Assembly (NCBI GenBank): GCA_965226585.1
Contig: OZ245366.1
Coordinates: forward strand, 544,001 to 608,000
Source of the DNA: Thermodesulfobacteriota bacterium
GTDB taxonomy: Bacteria > Desulfobacterota_D > UBA1144 > Nemesobacterales > Mycalebacteriaceae
DNA length: 64,000 bases
Direction: 5' to 3'
Position 1 is the first letter of the stretch; the number at the start of each line of letters is the position of its first letter. The notes beneath the pieces were generated by a model that did no database searches, was not told where the DNA came from, and saw nothing but the letters and a program-made list of their open reading frames with translations. The position numbers were made by a program, and so were the translations under genes. Shown here piece by piece: positions 20,918-30,784 of the stretch.

Positions 20918-21790
20918 TTACGCGCCGGAAAGTTTTTTCAGAATATCCGCGCTCAGGGTTCCGCTTGCCACCTCTTCGGCGGGTCCCGTCATTCGGAGGT
21001 CAAAATCATCAGATATTTCCACTTTAATCTCTCCGCCCGGCATTGAAACCGTCAGGCGGTTTTCGCACAATCCGTTTTTTACCGCCGCCGCCGCCGCCGC
21101 GCATGAACTTGAACCCGAAGCAAACGTGTATCCCGCCCCGCGCTCCCATATTGAAATCTCAATTTCCTTTTTCCCCTTCACCTTTGCAAACTGAACATTT
21201 GTTCTGTTCGGGAAAAACTCATGGTTTTCAAGGGCGGCTCCAAACTCTTTTGTCTGCCGTTCGCTCAAATCGTTTGAAAAAATAACGCAGTGCGGATTGC
21301 CCACCGAAACGGCGGTGAATTCAAACCGTTTTCCGCCCGCCTCTATTTCTTTGCAAACCACGTCGCCCGAAAATCCGCCGCCAACCGGAATCTCTTCCGC
21401 CCCAAAAACCGCCCGCCCCATGTCAACTGTTATGAGGGAAACCGCGCCGTTTTCTTTCACTATTTCCGCCCGAACGGTTCCGCCGGGGGTTTCAATGGAA
21501 AAACTTTCGGATTTTGTGTGCCCGTGCTCGTAAAGAAATTTAGCGAATATTCTCAAGCCGTTGCCGCTTTTTTCCGCCTCACTGCCGTCCGGGTTGAATA
21601 TTCTCAGCCCGAAATCCGATTTTTCGGATTCCGCAAGCAAAAGAACGCCGTCTGCCCCGATGCCGTAATTGCGGTCGCAAATTAAACGGATGGCGGACGG
21701 CGTGATTTTGAACGCCGGTTCACTTTGCCCGAAAACAACATAATCGTTTCCGAGCCCGTGAGATTTTACAAAAAAACAGTCTCGCGACAT
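20918..21790 (-). CDS. dapF: Diaminopimelate epimerase family, Ser/Ser active-site variant
   Basis: KSHGLGNDY, GIGADG, NPDGSEAEKSGNG, VGNPH, FPNRTNV, WERGAG. Confidence 0.9.
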   Translation of the reverse strand: MSRDCFFVKSHGLGNDYVVFGQSEPAFKITPSAIRLICDRNYGIGADGVLLLAESEKSDFGLRIFNPDGSEAEKSGNGLRIFAKFLYEHGHTKSESFSIETPGGTVRAEIVKENGAVSLITVDMGRAVFGAEEIPVGGGFSGDVVCKEIEAGGKRFEFTAVSVGNPHCVIFSNDLSERQTKEFGAALENHEFFPNRTNVQFAKVKGKKEIEISIWERGAGYTFASGSSSCAAAAAAVKNGLCENRLTVSMPGGEIKVEISDDFDLRMTGPAEEVASGTLSADILKKLSGA

Positions 21791-21836
21791 ATCAGAGTTC
21801 CGGCGGCAAAATTATTGCCGCAAAGCGGCGTCTGAT

Positions 21837-22040
21837 TCAGCCTTCCAGAATAAAGGTTATTTTTATGTGCGCCCTGTATTCGGAAACTTTTCCGTTTTTT
21901 ACCTGAGCGTTCATTTTTGTAACTTCAATACCCGTAAGACCTCTGAGCGTTTTGTTCGCTCTTTTAAGCGCTTCTGAAACCGCGTCATCCCACGATTTTT
22001 TTGAAGAACCGATGACTTCCGTTACTCTTGCTACAGCCAT
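21837..22040 (-). CDS. Dodecin family protein
   Basis: 67 aa; EVIGSSKKSWDDAV...KTLRG...EYRAHIKITF; SD GGAGG. Confidence 0.9.
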   Translation of the reverse strand: MAVARVTEVIGSSKKSWDDAVSEALKRANKTLRGLTGIEVTKMNAQVKNGKVSEYRAHIKITFILEG

Positions 22041-22183
22041 TATATTTACCTCCGTAAATTAAATACGCCAATAATAGTAATCAATCTCAAAGTTTTTTCA
22101 ATCAGCCGCCATTTGACAAAATGAAAAGTGTCAATAAATTAGTTCACCAAACCAACACTCTACAAGGTGAGGAGGAAACTATT

Positions 22184-22945
22184 ATGTTGGAAAAAATGCA
22201 CGACCTTAAAGGTCAGGTTGCCGTTGTTACGGGTGGTTCAAGAGGAATAGGAAAAGCAATTTCCCTTGCTCTTGCCGAAGCCGGCGCGGACATACTTCTT
22301 AACTACGCGAGAAGTGACAAAGCGGCGGACGCCGTGAAAAGCGAGATTGAATCTCTCGGAAGAAAATGCGTAACCGTGCGGGCAGACGTCGGAAACTTTG
22401 ATCAGGCGCAAAATGTCGGCAAAGCGGCGGTGAACCATTTCGGCAAAATTGATATTTTGGTGAACAACGCCGGAGTCAACAGAGACCGTATGCTTAAAAG
22501 GATGACCCTTGAGCAGTGGAACGAGGTTATTCAGACAAACCTTTCAAGTGTTTTCAACTGCACAAAAGCCACGCTGGACGCCCTTTCGGCAAACGAAAAC
22601 GGCGGCTCCATCATTTCAATATCTTCAATCATCGGAGAGATGGGAAACGTTGGGCAGGCGAACTACGCTTCAACCAAAGCGGGCATAACCGGTTTTACAA
22701 AGAGCATGGCGCGCGAACTTTCCAGAAACAGGATAAGGGTGAACGCCATTGCTCCGGGTTTTGTTGAAACAGACATGCTTATGAGCGTTCCCGAAGACAT
22801 CAGGGCGACAATTCTCAAAGACATCCCGCTTGGCAGATTCGGCTCAGCCGAAGACGTTGCTCTCGCGGTTGTCTATCTGTGCTCTTCATCGGGAAGCTGG
22901 ATTACCGGCACAACCGTGCGCCTCAACGGCGGACACTACATCTAA
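22184..22945 (+). CDS. SDR oxidoreductase (FabG / acetoacetyl-CoA reductase-like)
   Basis: TGGSRGIG, NNAG, YASTK, VNAIAPGF; SD GAGGAGG. Confidence 0.9.
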   Translation: MLEKMHDLKGQVAVVTGGSRGIGKAISLALAEAGADILLNYARSDKAADAVKSEIESLGRKCVTVRADVGNFDQAQNVGKAAVNHFGKIDILVNNAGVNRDRMLKRMTLEQWNEVIQTNLSSVFNCTKATLDALSANENGGSIISISSIIGEMGNVGQANYASTKAGITGFTKSMARELSRNRIRVNAIAPGFVETDMLMSVPEDIRATILKDIPLGRFGSAEDVALAVVYLCSSSGSWITGTTVRLNGGHYI

Positions 22946-22966
22946 TTCCAATACGGGCGGCGCGCG

Positions 22967-23788
22967 CTAAAAGGTGTGCCGCCCGGGAATGAGATAGTAA
23001 CTCGCGAAGAAAACCGCCGCCGCCGCGATAAATCCGGCTATGGCTCCGAATGACGATTTTCTTCCACGCCATCCGTGGGCGAGCCGTCCGTTTATAAGAA
23101 CGGCGTATATCAGCCATGTGGCGACCGAGAAGGTTTCCTTCTTTCCCCACAGCCAGTCCGCCCCCCACGCCTGACTTGCCGAAAGGAAGCCCAGCGCGAT
23201 ACCGAGGGTAACCAGCGGAAAGCCGCAGAAAAGCGTTATGTGCTGAACCCTGTCAAGACCAACTATCGGCAGAAGAGAGTTGTCTCTGTCTTCGGGAAGA
23301 GAGCCGCTTTTTATGCGTTTTTCCCTGAACAGGTAGAGAAGGGCGGCGACAAACGCGATAAAGAAAAACGCCATTCCCAGCAGTATGAGGGCTACATGAG
23401 TGCGGATAAGCGGCATCATCACAAGCCCGCCTTCCGCTCCCCCGCCCGAAGGGATTGCCGAGGGAAGCGTCGCTATAAAAGCGAGCGTGAAAACAAACGC
23501 GCCCAGAGATGACTTTCGCGCCCTCCGCCCAAGGCACAGAAACGCTATTGCGGTGAACCACGAGAACAGAAACAGCGACCGCGCAAGCCCGCCCGCAAGC
23601 GTTCCGCCTGAGAAGAGAAGAACTGCTATTTGAGCCGTGTGCGCGGCAAATCCCGCCACACCCAGCACAAAGCCCGCCCTGCGCGTCCACGCCGGGGTCG
23701 CCCCTGAAATAAAGAGGATTAGAAACACGGACGAGGCGAAGTAGAGAGACGATATTGCCGTGTTGAGAAGCGCGCCGTCCATTGTCAT
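22967..23788 (-). CDS. Cytochrome c assembly family membrane protein (CcsA/HemX-like)
   Basis: About 8 TM segments; WGADWLWGKKE...WLIY (degenerate WWD domain), GWRGR, C-terminal His. Confidence 0.8.
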   Translation of the reverse strand: MTMDGALLNTAISSLYFASSVFLILFISGATPAWTRRAGFVLGVAGFAAHTAQIAVLLFSGGTLAGGLARSLFLFSWFTAIAFLCLGRRARKSSLGAFVFTLAFIATLPSAIPSGGGAEGGLVMMPLIRTHVALILLGMAFFFIAFVAALLYLFREKRIKSGSLPEDRDNSLLPIVGLDRVQHITLFCGFPLVTLGIALGFLSASQAWGADWLWGKKETFSVATWLIYAVLINGRLAHGWRGRKSSFGAIAGFIAAAAVFFASYYLIPGRHTF

Positions 23789-24849
23789 TTGCCCGCCATT
23801 TCCCCTGATATTTCGCTGTCTTTCAGGGCGGATATAAGTTTTTCAATGCCGCCGTTCATAACGGATTCTATGTTTGACACGGTCATGCCGATTCTGTGGT
23901 CTGTTACCCGCGACTGCGGAAAGTTGTATGTGCGTATCTTCTCGCTCCTCGCGCCGCCGCCGAGTTGTTTCTTCCTCTCGCCCGCCCGCTCGCTCATGCG
24001 TTTGCCGCTTTCCTCTTCATAAAGTTTCGCCCTCAGCATCCTCATACTTTGCGCCCGGTTTTTGTGTTGCGACCTTTCGCTCTGGCACTGAACCACAATT
24101 CCGGTCGGCTCGTGCGTTATGCGGACGGCGGAATCAGTTTTGTTCACGTGCTGACCGCCCGGACCAGACGCCTTGTAGGTGTCTATTTTCAAGTCTTTTT
24201 CATCCACCTCCACCTCTATCTCTTCCGGTTCCGCAAGAACGGCAACCGTTGCCGTTGAGGTGTGTATTCTTCCGCCCGTTTCCGTTGCCGGAACCCTCTG
24301 AACCCTGTGGACTCCGCTTTCATGCTTCAGACTGCCGAAAACCTCTTTGCCCTCAACCGTCAGAACCGCCTCCCGCACGCCGCCTATCTCCGTCTCGTTG
24401 ACACCTATCATATTAATCTTCCAGCCGTTTTTCTCGCAATATTTTGAATACATTGCCAGAAGGTTTCCCGCAAACAGAGCCGCCTCTTCGCCGCCCGTTC
24501 CGGGGCGTATCTCAAGGATAACGTTTCTGCCGTCATTGGGGTCTTTAGGGGAGAGCAGGGCGGTGAGAATTTCCTCACATTCCGCCTGTTCCGTTTTGAG
24601 CGTTTCTATCTCCGCCTGCGCCAGTTCCGCAAGTTCGGGGTCTTTCAAAAGTTCGGTGTTTTCTTCAATCCCCGCCACCGCCTCTTTATAGCGTCTGTAT
24701 GTTGAAACAGTTTCAGACATCTCCGATATCTCCCTTGAAAGACGCACAATTTCATCGGGCGATATACCGGGCTCCGAAAGTTTTTTTTCGTTGCCACCGT
24801 ATCTTGCTTCGGTTTCTTCAAGGGTTTTGAGGGTTCCGGCGTTGAGCAT
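23785..24849 (-). CDS. prfA: Peptide chain release factor 1
   Basis: GTGGEEA, ESGVHRVQRVPATE (PxT motif), GPGGQHVNKTDS, IRTYNFPQ. Confidence 0.96.
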   Translation of the reverse strand: MLNAGTLKTLEETEARYGGNEKKLSEPGISPDEIVRLSREISEMSETVSTYRRYKEAVAGIEENTELLKDPELAELAQAEIETLKTEQAECEEILTALLSPKDPNDGRNVILEIRPGTGGEEAALFAGNLLAMYSKYCEKNGWKINMIGVNETEIGGVREAVLTVEGKEVFGSLKHESGVHRVQRVPATETGGRIHTSTATVAVLAEPEEIEVEVDEKDLKIDTYKASGPGGQHVNKTDSAVRITHEPTGIVVQCQSERSQHKNRAQSMRMLRAKLYEEESGKRMSERAGERKKQLGGGARSEKIRTYNFPQSRVTDHRIGMTVSNIESVMNGGIEKLISALKDSEISGEMAGK

Positions 24850-24913
24850 TGCCACCCGCTTATGTTCCCATACCTTGAACAAATTTCAAGGAAGCGTTAC
24901 AATAAGCGAGGTT

Positions 24914-25114
24914 ATGAGTTCAGGCTTGGAAAGTAAAATTCTTGAGTGCGTAAAGCATGTGGATGATTTCGCCGGCGATTACGAAGCCCTTGTTATGGAG
25001 AACAGGGAACTCAAGAGAAAAGTTGACAGGCTTGAAACGGAAAGAAGAGAGTTAAGGCGCAGAGTATCTGACGTATCAGAGCGCGTGGAGGCCCACCTGA
25101 AGGTAAGGGCTTAA
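24914..25114 (+). CDS. Short coiled-coil protein, ZapB-like
   Basis: SD GAGG, 66 aa heptad-rich ORF directly upstream of zapA. Confidence 0.65.
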   Translation: MSSGLESKILECVKHVDDFAGDYEALVMENRELKRKVDRLETERRELRRRVSDVSERVEAHLKVRA

Positions 25115-25117
25115 TTT

Positions 25118-25483
25118 ATGGGTGATTTGGAAAGACAGGTTGAAGTTGTCATTACGGCTCTTGGTTCGACCTACCGTGTGAAGACGATGCCGGAAGACGG
25201 AGACCGCATAAAAAGGGCGGCCGCTCTTCTGGAAAAAGACATTGAGGAAGCTTCAAGCCAGCTCAACAGGCCCATGAACGAACGTGTTCCCAGTCATATC
25301 TTTTACGCCGCTCTCGGCATAGCCGACGAATTGCTTATGTTGAGGGAAAAAATTGAAGACAGCGATAAATCGAGGGAAGAACAGACAAAACGTCTTGAAA
25401 ACACTTTGGACAAATCTCTTATCTCCAAGTTCATCAAACTCAAAATGGCTTACGGAGCCGAGAGACGGGAAGGAAGAAGCTGA
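25118..25483 (+). CDS. zapA: Cell division protein ZapA
   Basis: VEVVITALGSTYRV...AAALL...AALGIADEL pattern; synteny with fau-rny. Confidence 0.75.
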   Translation: MGDLERQVEVVITALGSTYRVKTMPEDGDRIKRAAALLEKDIEEASSQLNRPMNERVPSHIFYAALGIADELLMLREKIEDSDKSREEQTKRLENTLDKSLISKFIKLKMAYGAERREGRS

Positions 25484-26102
25484 ACGGACGGTTTCCGGAA
25501 CAACTTCTGTTTCAAAAGACGAAATACGCGGCCGTTACAAACGGATGAGAGCCGCTCACAGCCCGTCCGCTCTTGCGGAACTGGGCTTGCGGGTTGCCGC
25601 GAATCTTTGCTCAAGCGACCTTTTCCTGAACTCTTCCAAAGTCGCGCTCTACGCGCCGCACCGGGGAGAGGTTGATGTGCTTTCCGCCTTTGACGCTCTG
25701 AAAAAGAGCGGAAAGAGGGCGTTTTTCCCCAGAGTTTGCGGCGAAGGGCTCAAGTTTTTTGAAGTCTTGCGCGCAGATGAACTTTCTCCGGGCAGTTTTT
25801 CAATTCCCGAACCCCCCGCAGACCCGTCCCGCGAGGCGGCGGTTCCGGAGCTTGACCTTATGGTTGTTCCGGGGCTTTGCTTTGACAGATTCGGCTCAAG
25901 GGTCGGCTCCGGCAAGGGCTTCTATGACAGGGCGGCGGCAAACACGGAGCCCTCAAAGGTGTGCGCCGTGGCGTACGGGTTTCAGTTCGTTGACTTTGAA
26001 CTTCCGTGCGAGCCTCACGACAGGCGCGCCGGATTCGTAATAACCGAGCGCGGAGTGTTTCGCGCGCAACAAATAACAAAAAGGAATGGTGACGAAAAAT
26101 GA
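25484..26102 (+). CDS. fau: 5-formyltetrahydrofolate cyclo-ligase (start codon uncertain)
   Basis: KDEIR, IPEP, DLMVVPGLCFDRFGSRVGSGKGFYDR, EPHD. Confidence 0.88.
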
Positions 26103-27661
26103 TTGAAATAATTTATATCGCCGCCGCAGCCGTGATTGCATTCGGCGCGGGGTTTGTAATACATCATCTGATTATATCTTCAGGGGAAAAGGAAACGCTT
26201 TCCAGAAAATCCGCTCTTGCGAAGCAGATTGTTGAGAGGGCAAAAAAGGACGCGAGCGGCATCATTGAGAGCGCGAAGTCCAGGTCTGCCGACATGAACC
26301 GCAAAAGCAAGCAGAGCCTTGAAAGGGTGGAGAAGGAAAAACGCCGCGAGATTTCCTCCGTAGATCAGGAAAACCGCAAGAACAAGGAAGCCGCAGACAA
26401 AAAACTGCAAGAGGCGCTTGAGAAGGAAATGAACATCAGCCGCCGCGAGCAGAGTCTTGACTCTCTTGAGAAATCTCTCAGAGACAGGCACTCGGAGATA
26501 GACAGCATGAAAGAGGATATGACAAAGCGGCTTGAAGAAATCTCAGGGCTTTCCGCCGAAGAGATAAAGCGCGAAATGCTTGAATCAATAGAAGAGCAGG
26601 CAAAGAAAGAGGCGTCTCTCAAAGTGCGGGAGATACACGAGGAAGCCGAAGAAGGGGCGAAAGAGGCCGCGCTGAAAGCCATCGCTCTTGCCGTTCACAA
26701 ATACGCCGGTTCGTACACGGCGGAGAACACATCTTCAACGGTTACCCTTCCCGACCCGACCATCAAGGGGAAAATCATAGGGCGCGAGGGCAGAAACATC
26801 AGGGCGCTTGAGGTTCGCACTGGGGTGGATTTCGTAATGGACGATTCGCCCGAAACCATTGTTCTGACAAGTTTGAACTCTCTCAGGCGCGAGATAGCGG
26901 TTGTGGCGCTCAACCGTCTCATTGAAGACGGCAGGGTGCATCCGGGCAGGATAGAAGAGGTTGTTACGGATGTTGAGCAGGAGATAAACGGCGAGATTAA
27001 AAAAGCCGGTGAGAACGCGGTTTTCGACCTCGGCATTCACGATATGGATCCCGAACTTGTGCGTCATGTGGGAATGCTCAAATACAGGCGGAGTTACGCC
27101 CAGAATGTGCTGAACCACTCAATAGAAGTGGCGTTTATATGCGGCATGATAGCGGCGGAGATTGGGTACGACCAGAATCTTGCCAAGCGCGCCGCTCTGC
27201 TTCACGATGTGGGCAAGGCGGTTGACCATGAGGTTGAGGGCTCTCACGTGGAGATAGGGGCGGATTTGGCGAAGAAATACGGGGAAGACCCCCGTGTGGT
27301 GAGAGCGGTAGCCCAGAGCCATGACGCGCGGGTTACCGATGTTCTTTCCATCATCGTTCAGGCGGCGGACACAATTTCCGCGTCCCGTCCCGGAGCCAGA
27401 AAGGAGAGTTACGAGAAATACATCAAACGTGTTGAAGACATAGAAAAAATCGGCAGTTCGTTTGACGGTGTCAGCAAATGTTTCGCCATACAGGCGGGCA
27501 GGGAGCTGCGCGTTATCGTAGAAAATACAGAGGTTGACGAGGGAGAGAGCGAGGGGCTTTCAAGGGGCATCGCGAAGAAGATACAGGAAGAGGTTTCGTA
27601 TCCCGGAAAGATAAAAGTAACGGTGATAAGAGAAACCCGCGCCGTGGCGTTCGCGTCATAA
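26099..27661 (+). CDS. rny: Ribonuclease Y
   Basis: N-terminal TM, coiled coil, KH domain (KGKIIGREGRNIR), HD domain (LLHDVGK), AIQAGRELRV. Confidence 0.97.
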   Translation: MIEIIYIAAAAVIAFGAGFVIHHLIISSGEKETLSRKSALAKQIVERAKKDASGIIESAKSRSADMNRKSKQSLERVEKEKRREISSVDQENRKNKEAADKKLQEALEKEMNISRREQSLDSLEKSLRDRHSEIDSMKEDMTKRLEEISGLSAEEIKREMLESIEEQAKKEASLKVREIHEEAEEGAKEAALKAIALAVHKYAGSYTAENTSSTVTLPDPTIKGKIIGREGRNIRALEVRTGVDFVMDDSPETIVLTSLNSLRREIAVVALNRLIEDGRVHPGRIEEVVTDVEQEINGEIKKAGENAVFDLGIHDMDPELVRHVGMLKYRRSYAQNVLNHSIEVAFICGMIAAEIGYDQNLAKRAALLHDVGKAVDHEVEGSHVEIGADLAKKYGEDPRVVRAVAQSHDARVTDVLSIIVQAADTISASRPGARKESYEKYIKRVEDIEKIGSSFDGVSKCFAIQAGRELRVIVENTEVDEGESEGLSRGIAKKIQEEVSYPGKIKVTVIRETRAVAFAS

Positions 27662-27669
27662 AAAGAGGG

Positions 27670-29751
27670 TCAGCCGTCTTTCCGCGCTTCCATCTTTGAG
27701 AGGTCTCCCACCTCAAAGAACAGGTCTTTTACCCTGCCGAGCAGGGCGAAGCGGTTTTTTCTCACGCGCGCGTCATCATGCATAACCATTGTGCTGTCAA
27801 AGAAATCGTCAATGGGTTTGCCAAGTGTCGCCGTGAGTTTCAGACGCTCTTCGCAGTCCGCTCCGCGCGGGCTTTCCATCTCTTTCAGGGACTGCCAGAG
27901 GGCTTTTTCTTCCGCGTTTTCAAAAAGGGCGGGATTCACCTTTCTCTCTTTGCTGTCTTTGATGATGTTCACAACCCTTTTGAAAGACGCCACGATGGAC
28001 TGAAACGATTTTGAGCCCCGGCACTTCTCAAGCGCGAGCACACGGTCGCGGCAGTTTGCTATGCCGTCAAAACCCGCCGATATTGCCGCCTCAACGGAGT
28101 CCGGTTTTGCGCCGTCTTCAACCATAATTCCTCTGAACCTTCCCGCGATAAACTCCATAATCTCATCCGATGTTTGTTTTACAGGCACGGAAGGGGCGGA
28201 GGAGTAGGACGCCTTTTCCAGAGTTTTCAGAACAAAGCCCGTCAGTTTTTTCGCGCTGAAATCAAAGCCCTTTTCAAACGTTATCCGTATCAGCCCGATT
28301 GCCTGCCTTCTCAGCGCGAGAGGGTCTGATGAGCCGCTCGGCTTCATTCCCAGATAGAAGCACGAGCAGATGTTGTCAATCTTGTCGGCTATAGCGAGCA
28401 GGGCTCCCGCCCCGGTTGACGGCAGGGCGGAATCCCGCGCGGTGGGCATGTACTGCTCTTCAATCGCCAGAGAAACTTCCGTGTCTTCTCCCGCCGCCGC
28501 CGAGTAGTGTCTGCCCATAACGCCCTGAAGTTCGGGAATTTCAAAAACCATCTGTGTTGTGAGGTCGGCTTTTGACAGGTGAGCCGCCCGCCTGAGTTTT
28601 TTCAACATCCCTCTTTCACCCGTTTGAGCCGTGAGTTCGGAAACGATTTTTTCCAGCCGCGCGGTTTTGCCGCCGTAACTTCCCAGCCCTGAGAGAAAGA
28701 CGGTTGAGTCAAGGTCTCCGACCCGTTTTTCGAGAGGGGTTTTAAGGTCTTCGGTGTGAAAAAACCCGGCGTCAACAAACCGCGCCCGCAAAACCCTGCG
28801 GTTTCCGTTGACCACCGTTTCGGGGTCTTTCACGGGCGTTCCGCACACAAAGATGAAATGGGGAAGAAGCCCGCCGCCGGGGGCGAACACGGGAAAGTAT
28901 TTCTGGTGATTTTTCATCACGCTCGTGAGAACCTCTTCGGGCAGTTCCAGAAACTTTTTTTCAAAACTTCCCGAAAGCACAAGCGGATACTCAACAAGCC
29001 CGTTCACGGTTTCAAGCAGTTCATCATCCGCCCGAAACTCGCCCCCCAGCGCCGCCGCCTCTTTTCTGACGCCTTTCTCAATGATATTTCGCCTTTTGTC
29101 CGGGTCTGCCACAACAAACTTTTTCTCCAGCCCTTCAAGATACGATTTCCACCCGCTCGGCTTGAACGGCTTTCCGCCCGCGAACCTGTGCCCTTCAACC
29201 GAAGACGAAAACGGAACCCCTTCCATCTCAAGTTTCAACGGCTTTCCGCCGTAAAAACACGCCAGTTTTCTCAGCGGCCTTGCAAACGCTATGCCCTCTC
29301 TCTGCCACCTCATGGATTTGGGACAGCGCACGCCCGCGATTATTTCAGGGGCTTTCTCCGCCACAATCTTCCCCGAATCTCCGCCCTTTATTTTCTGCCT
29401 GAAGGCGAGAAACCTGCCCTTGTCTCTGCGGACGATTTCAAGGTCTTTAACATCAACCCCCTTTCCGCGCGCAAATCCCAGAGCGGCGGCGGTGGGAGAA
29501 CCGTCATCGTTGAAAGCCGCCGCTTCAGAGGGTCCGAAGCTTTCAACCGTCATATCTTTCTGTCTCGGCTCAAGCCCCTCAACAAGCACGGCAAACCTTC
29601 TGGGCGTATGAAGGCACGAGACTTTTTCAAATCTCACCGCCAGTTCCCGCAGTCCGTTCTCAAAACCTTTTGAGAGCGAGTCCGCTATCACAACCGCCAT
29701 TGCGGAGGGAATTTCCTCAACCGCCAGTTCTATGAAGAGGTCTTTTTTCAT
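27670..29751 (-). CDS. glyS: Glycine--tRNA ligase beta subunit
   Basis: EEIP, TPRR, HQKYF, KADLTT...[21 protein letters not shown]-like C-terminus. Confidence 0.96.
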   Translation of the reverse strand: MKKDLFIELAVEEIPSAMAVVIADSLSKGFENGLRELAVRFEKVSCLHTPRRFAVLVEGLEPRQKDMTVESFGPSEAAAFNDDGSPTAAALGFARGKGVDVKDLEIVRRDKGRFLAFRQKIKGGDSGKIVAEKAPEIIAGVRCPKSMRWQREGIAFARPLRKLACFYGGKPLKLEMEGVPFSSSVEGHRFAGGKPFKPSGWKSYLEGLEKKFVVADPDKRRNIIEKGVRKEAAALGGEFRADDELLETVNGLVEYPLVLSGSFEKKFLELPEEVLTSVMKNHQKYFPVFAPGGGLLPHFIFVCGTPVKDPETVVNGNRRVLRARFVDAGFFHTEDLKTPLEKRVGDLDSTVFLSGLGSYGGKTARLEKIVSELTAQTGERGMLKKLRRAAHLSKADLTTQMVFEIPELQGVMGRHYSAAAGEDTEVSLAIEEQYMPTARDSALPSTGAGALLAIADKIDNICSCFYLGMKPSGSSDPLALRRQAIGLIRITFEKGFDFSAKKLTGFVLKTLEKASYSSAPSVPVKQTSDEIMEFIAGRFRGIMVEDGAKPDSVEAAISAGFDGIANCRDRVLALEKCRGSKSFQSIVASFKRVVNIIKDSKERKVNPALFENAEEKALWQSLKEMESPRGADCEERLKLTATLGKPIDDFFDSTMVMHDDARVRKNRFALLGRVKDLFFEVGDLSKMEARKDG

Positions 29752-30641
29752 TTTTGCCGTTTTCCGCCTTTGCCTGTTTTAAGCAGAGGAAATCCCAGTT
29801 CTTCGCGTTTTTTCAGCCACGCCCTTGAACACGCCCCCGCAAGAGCGCGCACCTTTGCGATGTAGTTTTCCCTCTCCGCTATTCCCACCGCCCCGCGCGC
29901 GTCCAGCAGATTAAACGCGTGGGAACATTTCATGCAGTATTCGTAGGCGGGAAGCGGCAACCCCTTGGCGGCAAGTTTTTCGCATTCCGCCCCGAACCGC
30001 TCGAACAGGTCGGCAAGCATTTTTCTGTCAGATTCCTCAAAGTTGTAGGTTGAAAACTCTCTTTCGCTCTCCCTGTGAATCTCGCCGTAGGTGATGTCGC
30101 CGTCCCATGTGAGGTCAAAAACGTTGTCAACGCCCTGAAGGTACATGGCGATTCTTTCCGTTCCGTAGGTTATCTCCGCAGACACGGGGTCAAGGTCTAT
30201 TCCTCCCGCCTGCTGAAAGTAGGTGAACTGCGTTATCTCCATTCCGTCAAGCCAAACTTCCCATCCAAGCCCCCACGCGCCGAGAGTGGGAGATTCCCAG
30301 TCGTCTTCAACAAATCTGATGTCGTGCTTCATCGTGTCAATTCCGAATGACTCAAGGCTTTTGAGGTATAACTGCTGTATGTTTTCGGGCGACGGTTTGA
30401 TAAGAACCTGAAACTGATAGTAGTGCTGAAGCCGGTTGGGGTTGTCTCCGTATCTGCCGTCAGTCGGTCTTCTGCTCGGCTCCACATAAGCCGCCTTCCA
30501 CGGCTCCGGACCGAGACAGCGGAGAAAGGTGTGGGGGTTGAATGTGCCCGCGCCTTTTTCGGTGTCGCACGGCTGAACTATTATGCATCCCTGCTTCGCC
30601 CAGAAATCCTGAAGTGAGAGTATGAGTTTTTGAAAGGTCAT
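29748..30641 (-). CDS. glyQ: Glycine--tRNA ligase alpha subunit
   Basis: [46 protein letters not shown]. Confidence 0.98.
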   Translation of the reverse strand: MTFQKLILSLQDFWAKQGCIIVQPCDTEKGAGTFNPHTFLRCLGPEPWKAAYVEPSRRPTDGRYGDNPNRLQHYYQFQVLIKPSPENIQQLYLKSLESFGIDTMKHDIRFVEDDWESPTLGAWGLGWEVWLDGMEITQFTYFQQAGGIDLDPVSAEITYGTERIAMYLQGVDNVFDLTWDGDITYGEIHRESEREFSTYNFEESDRKMLADLFERFGAECEKLAAKGLPLPAYEYCMKCSHAFNLLDARGAVGIAERENYIAKVRALAGACSRAWLKKREELGFPLLKTGKGGKRQK

Positions 30642-30784
30642 TTTGCTTGTGATACGGAAAAAGAAAGCGTCTCCGTAAAAATACCACTAAACCCGCCGGA
30701 ATTAAAACGCTCTGCGGCGGCCGCTCTCCCGGCGGGCAATTTTCAGTTATACTTCCCGCCAATATCGTTTCCTTGTGAGTTCAT

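Noticed and set aside
28756..29673. 305-aa + strand ORF
   Set aside because: Antisense shadow of glyS with no recognisable motif; the same applies to the long antisense ORFs within argG, birA, hisA, the APC fusion and the rng-like gene.
30642..30784. T-box or riboswitch upstream of glyQ
   Set aside because: The short divergent intergenic region has only a GC-rich inverted repeat and no T-box consensus.
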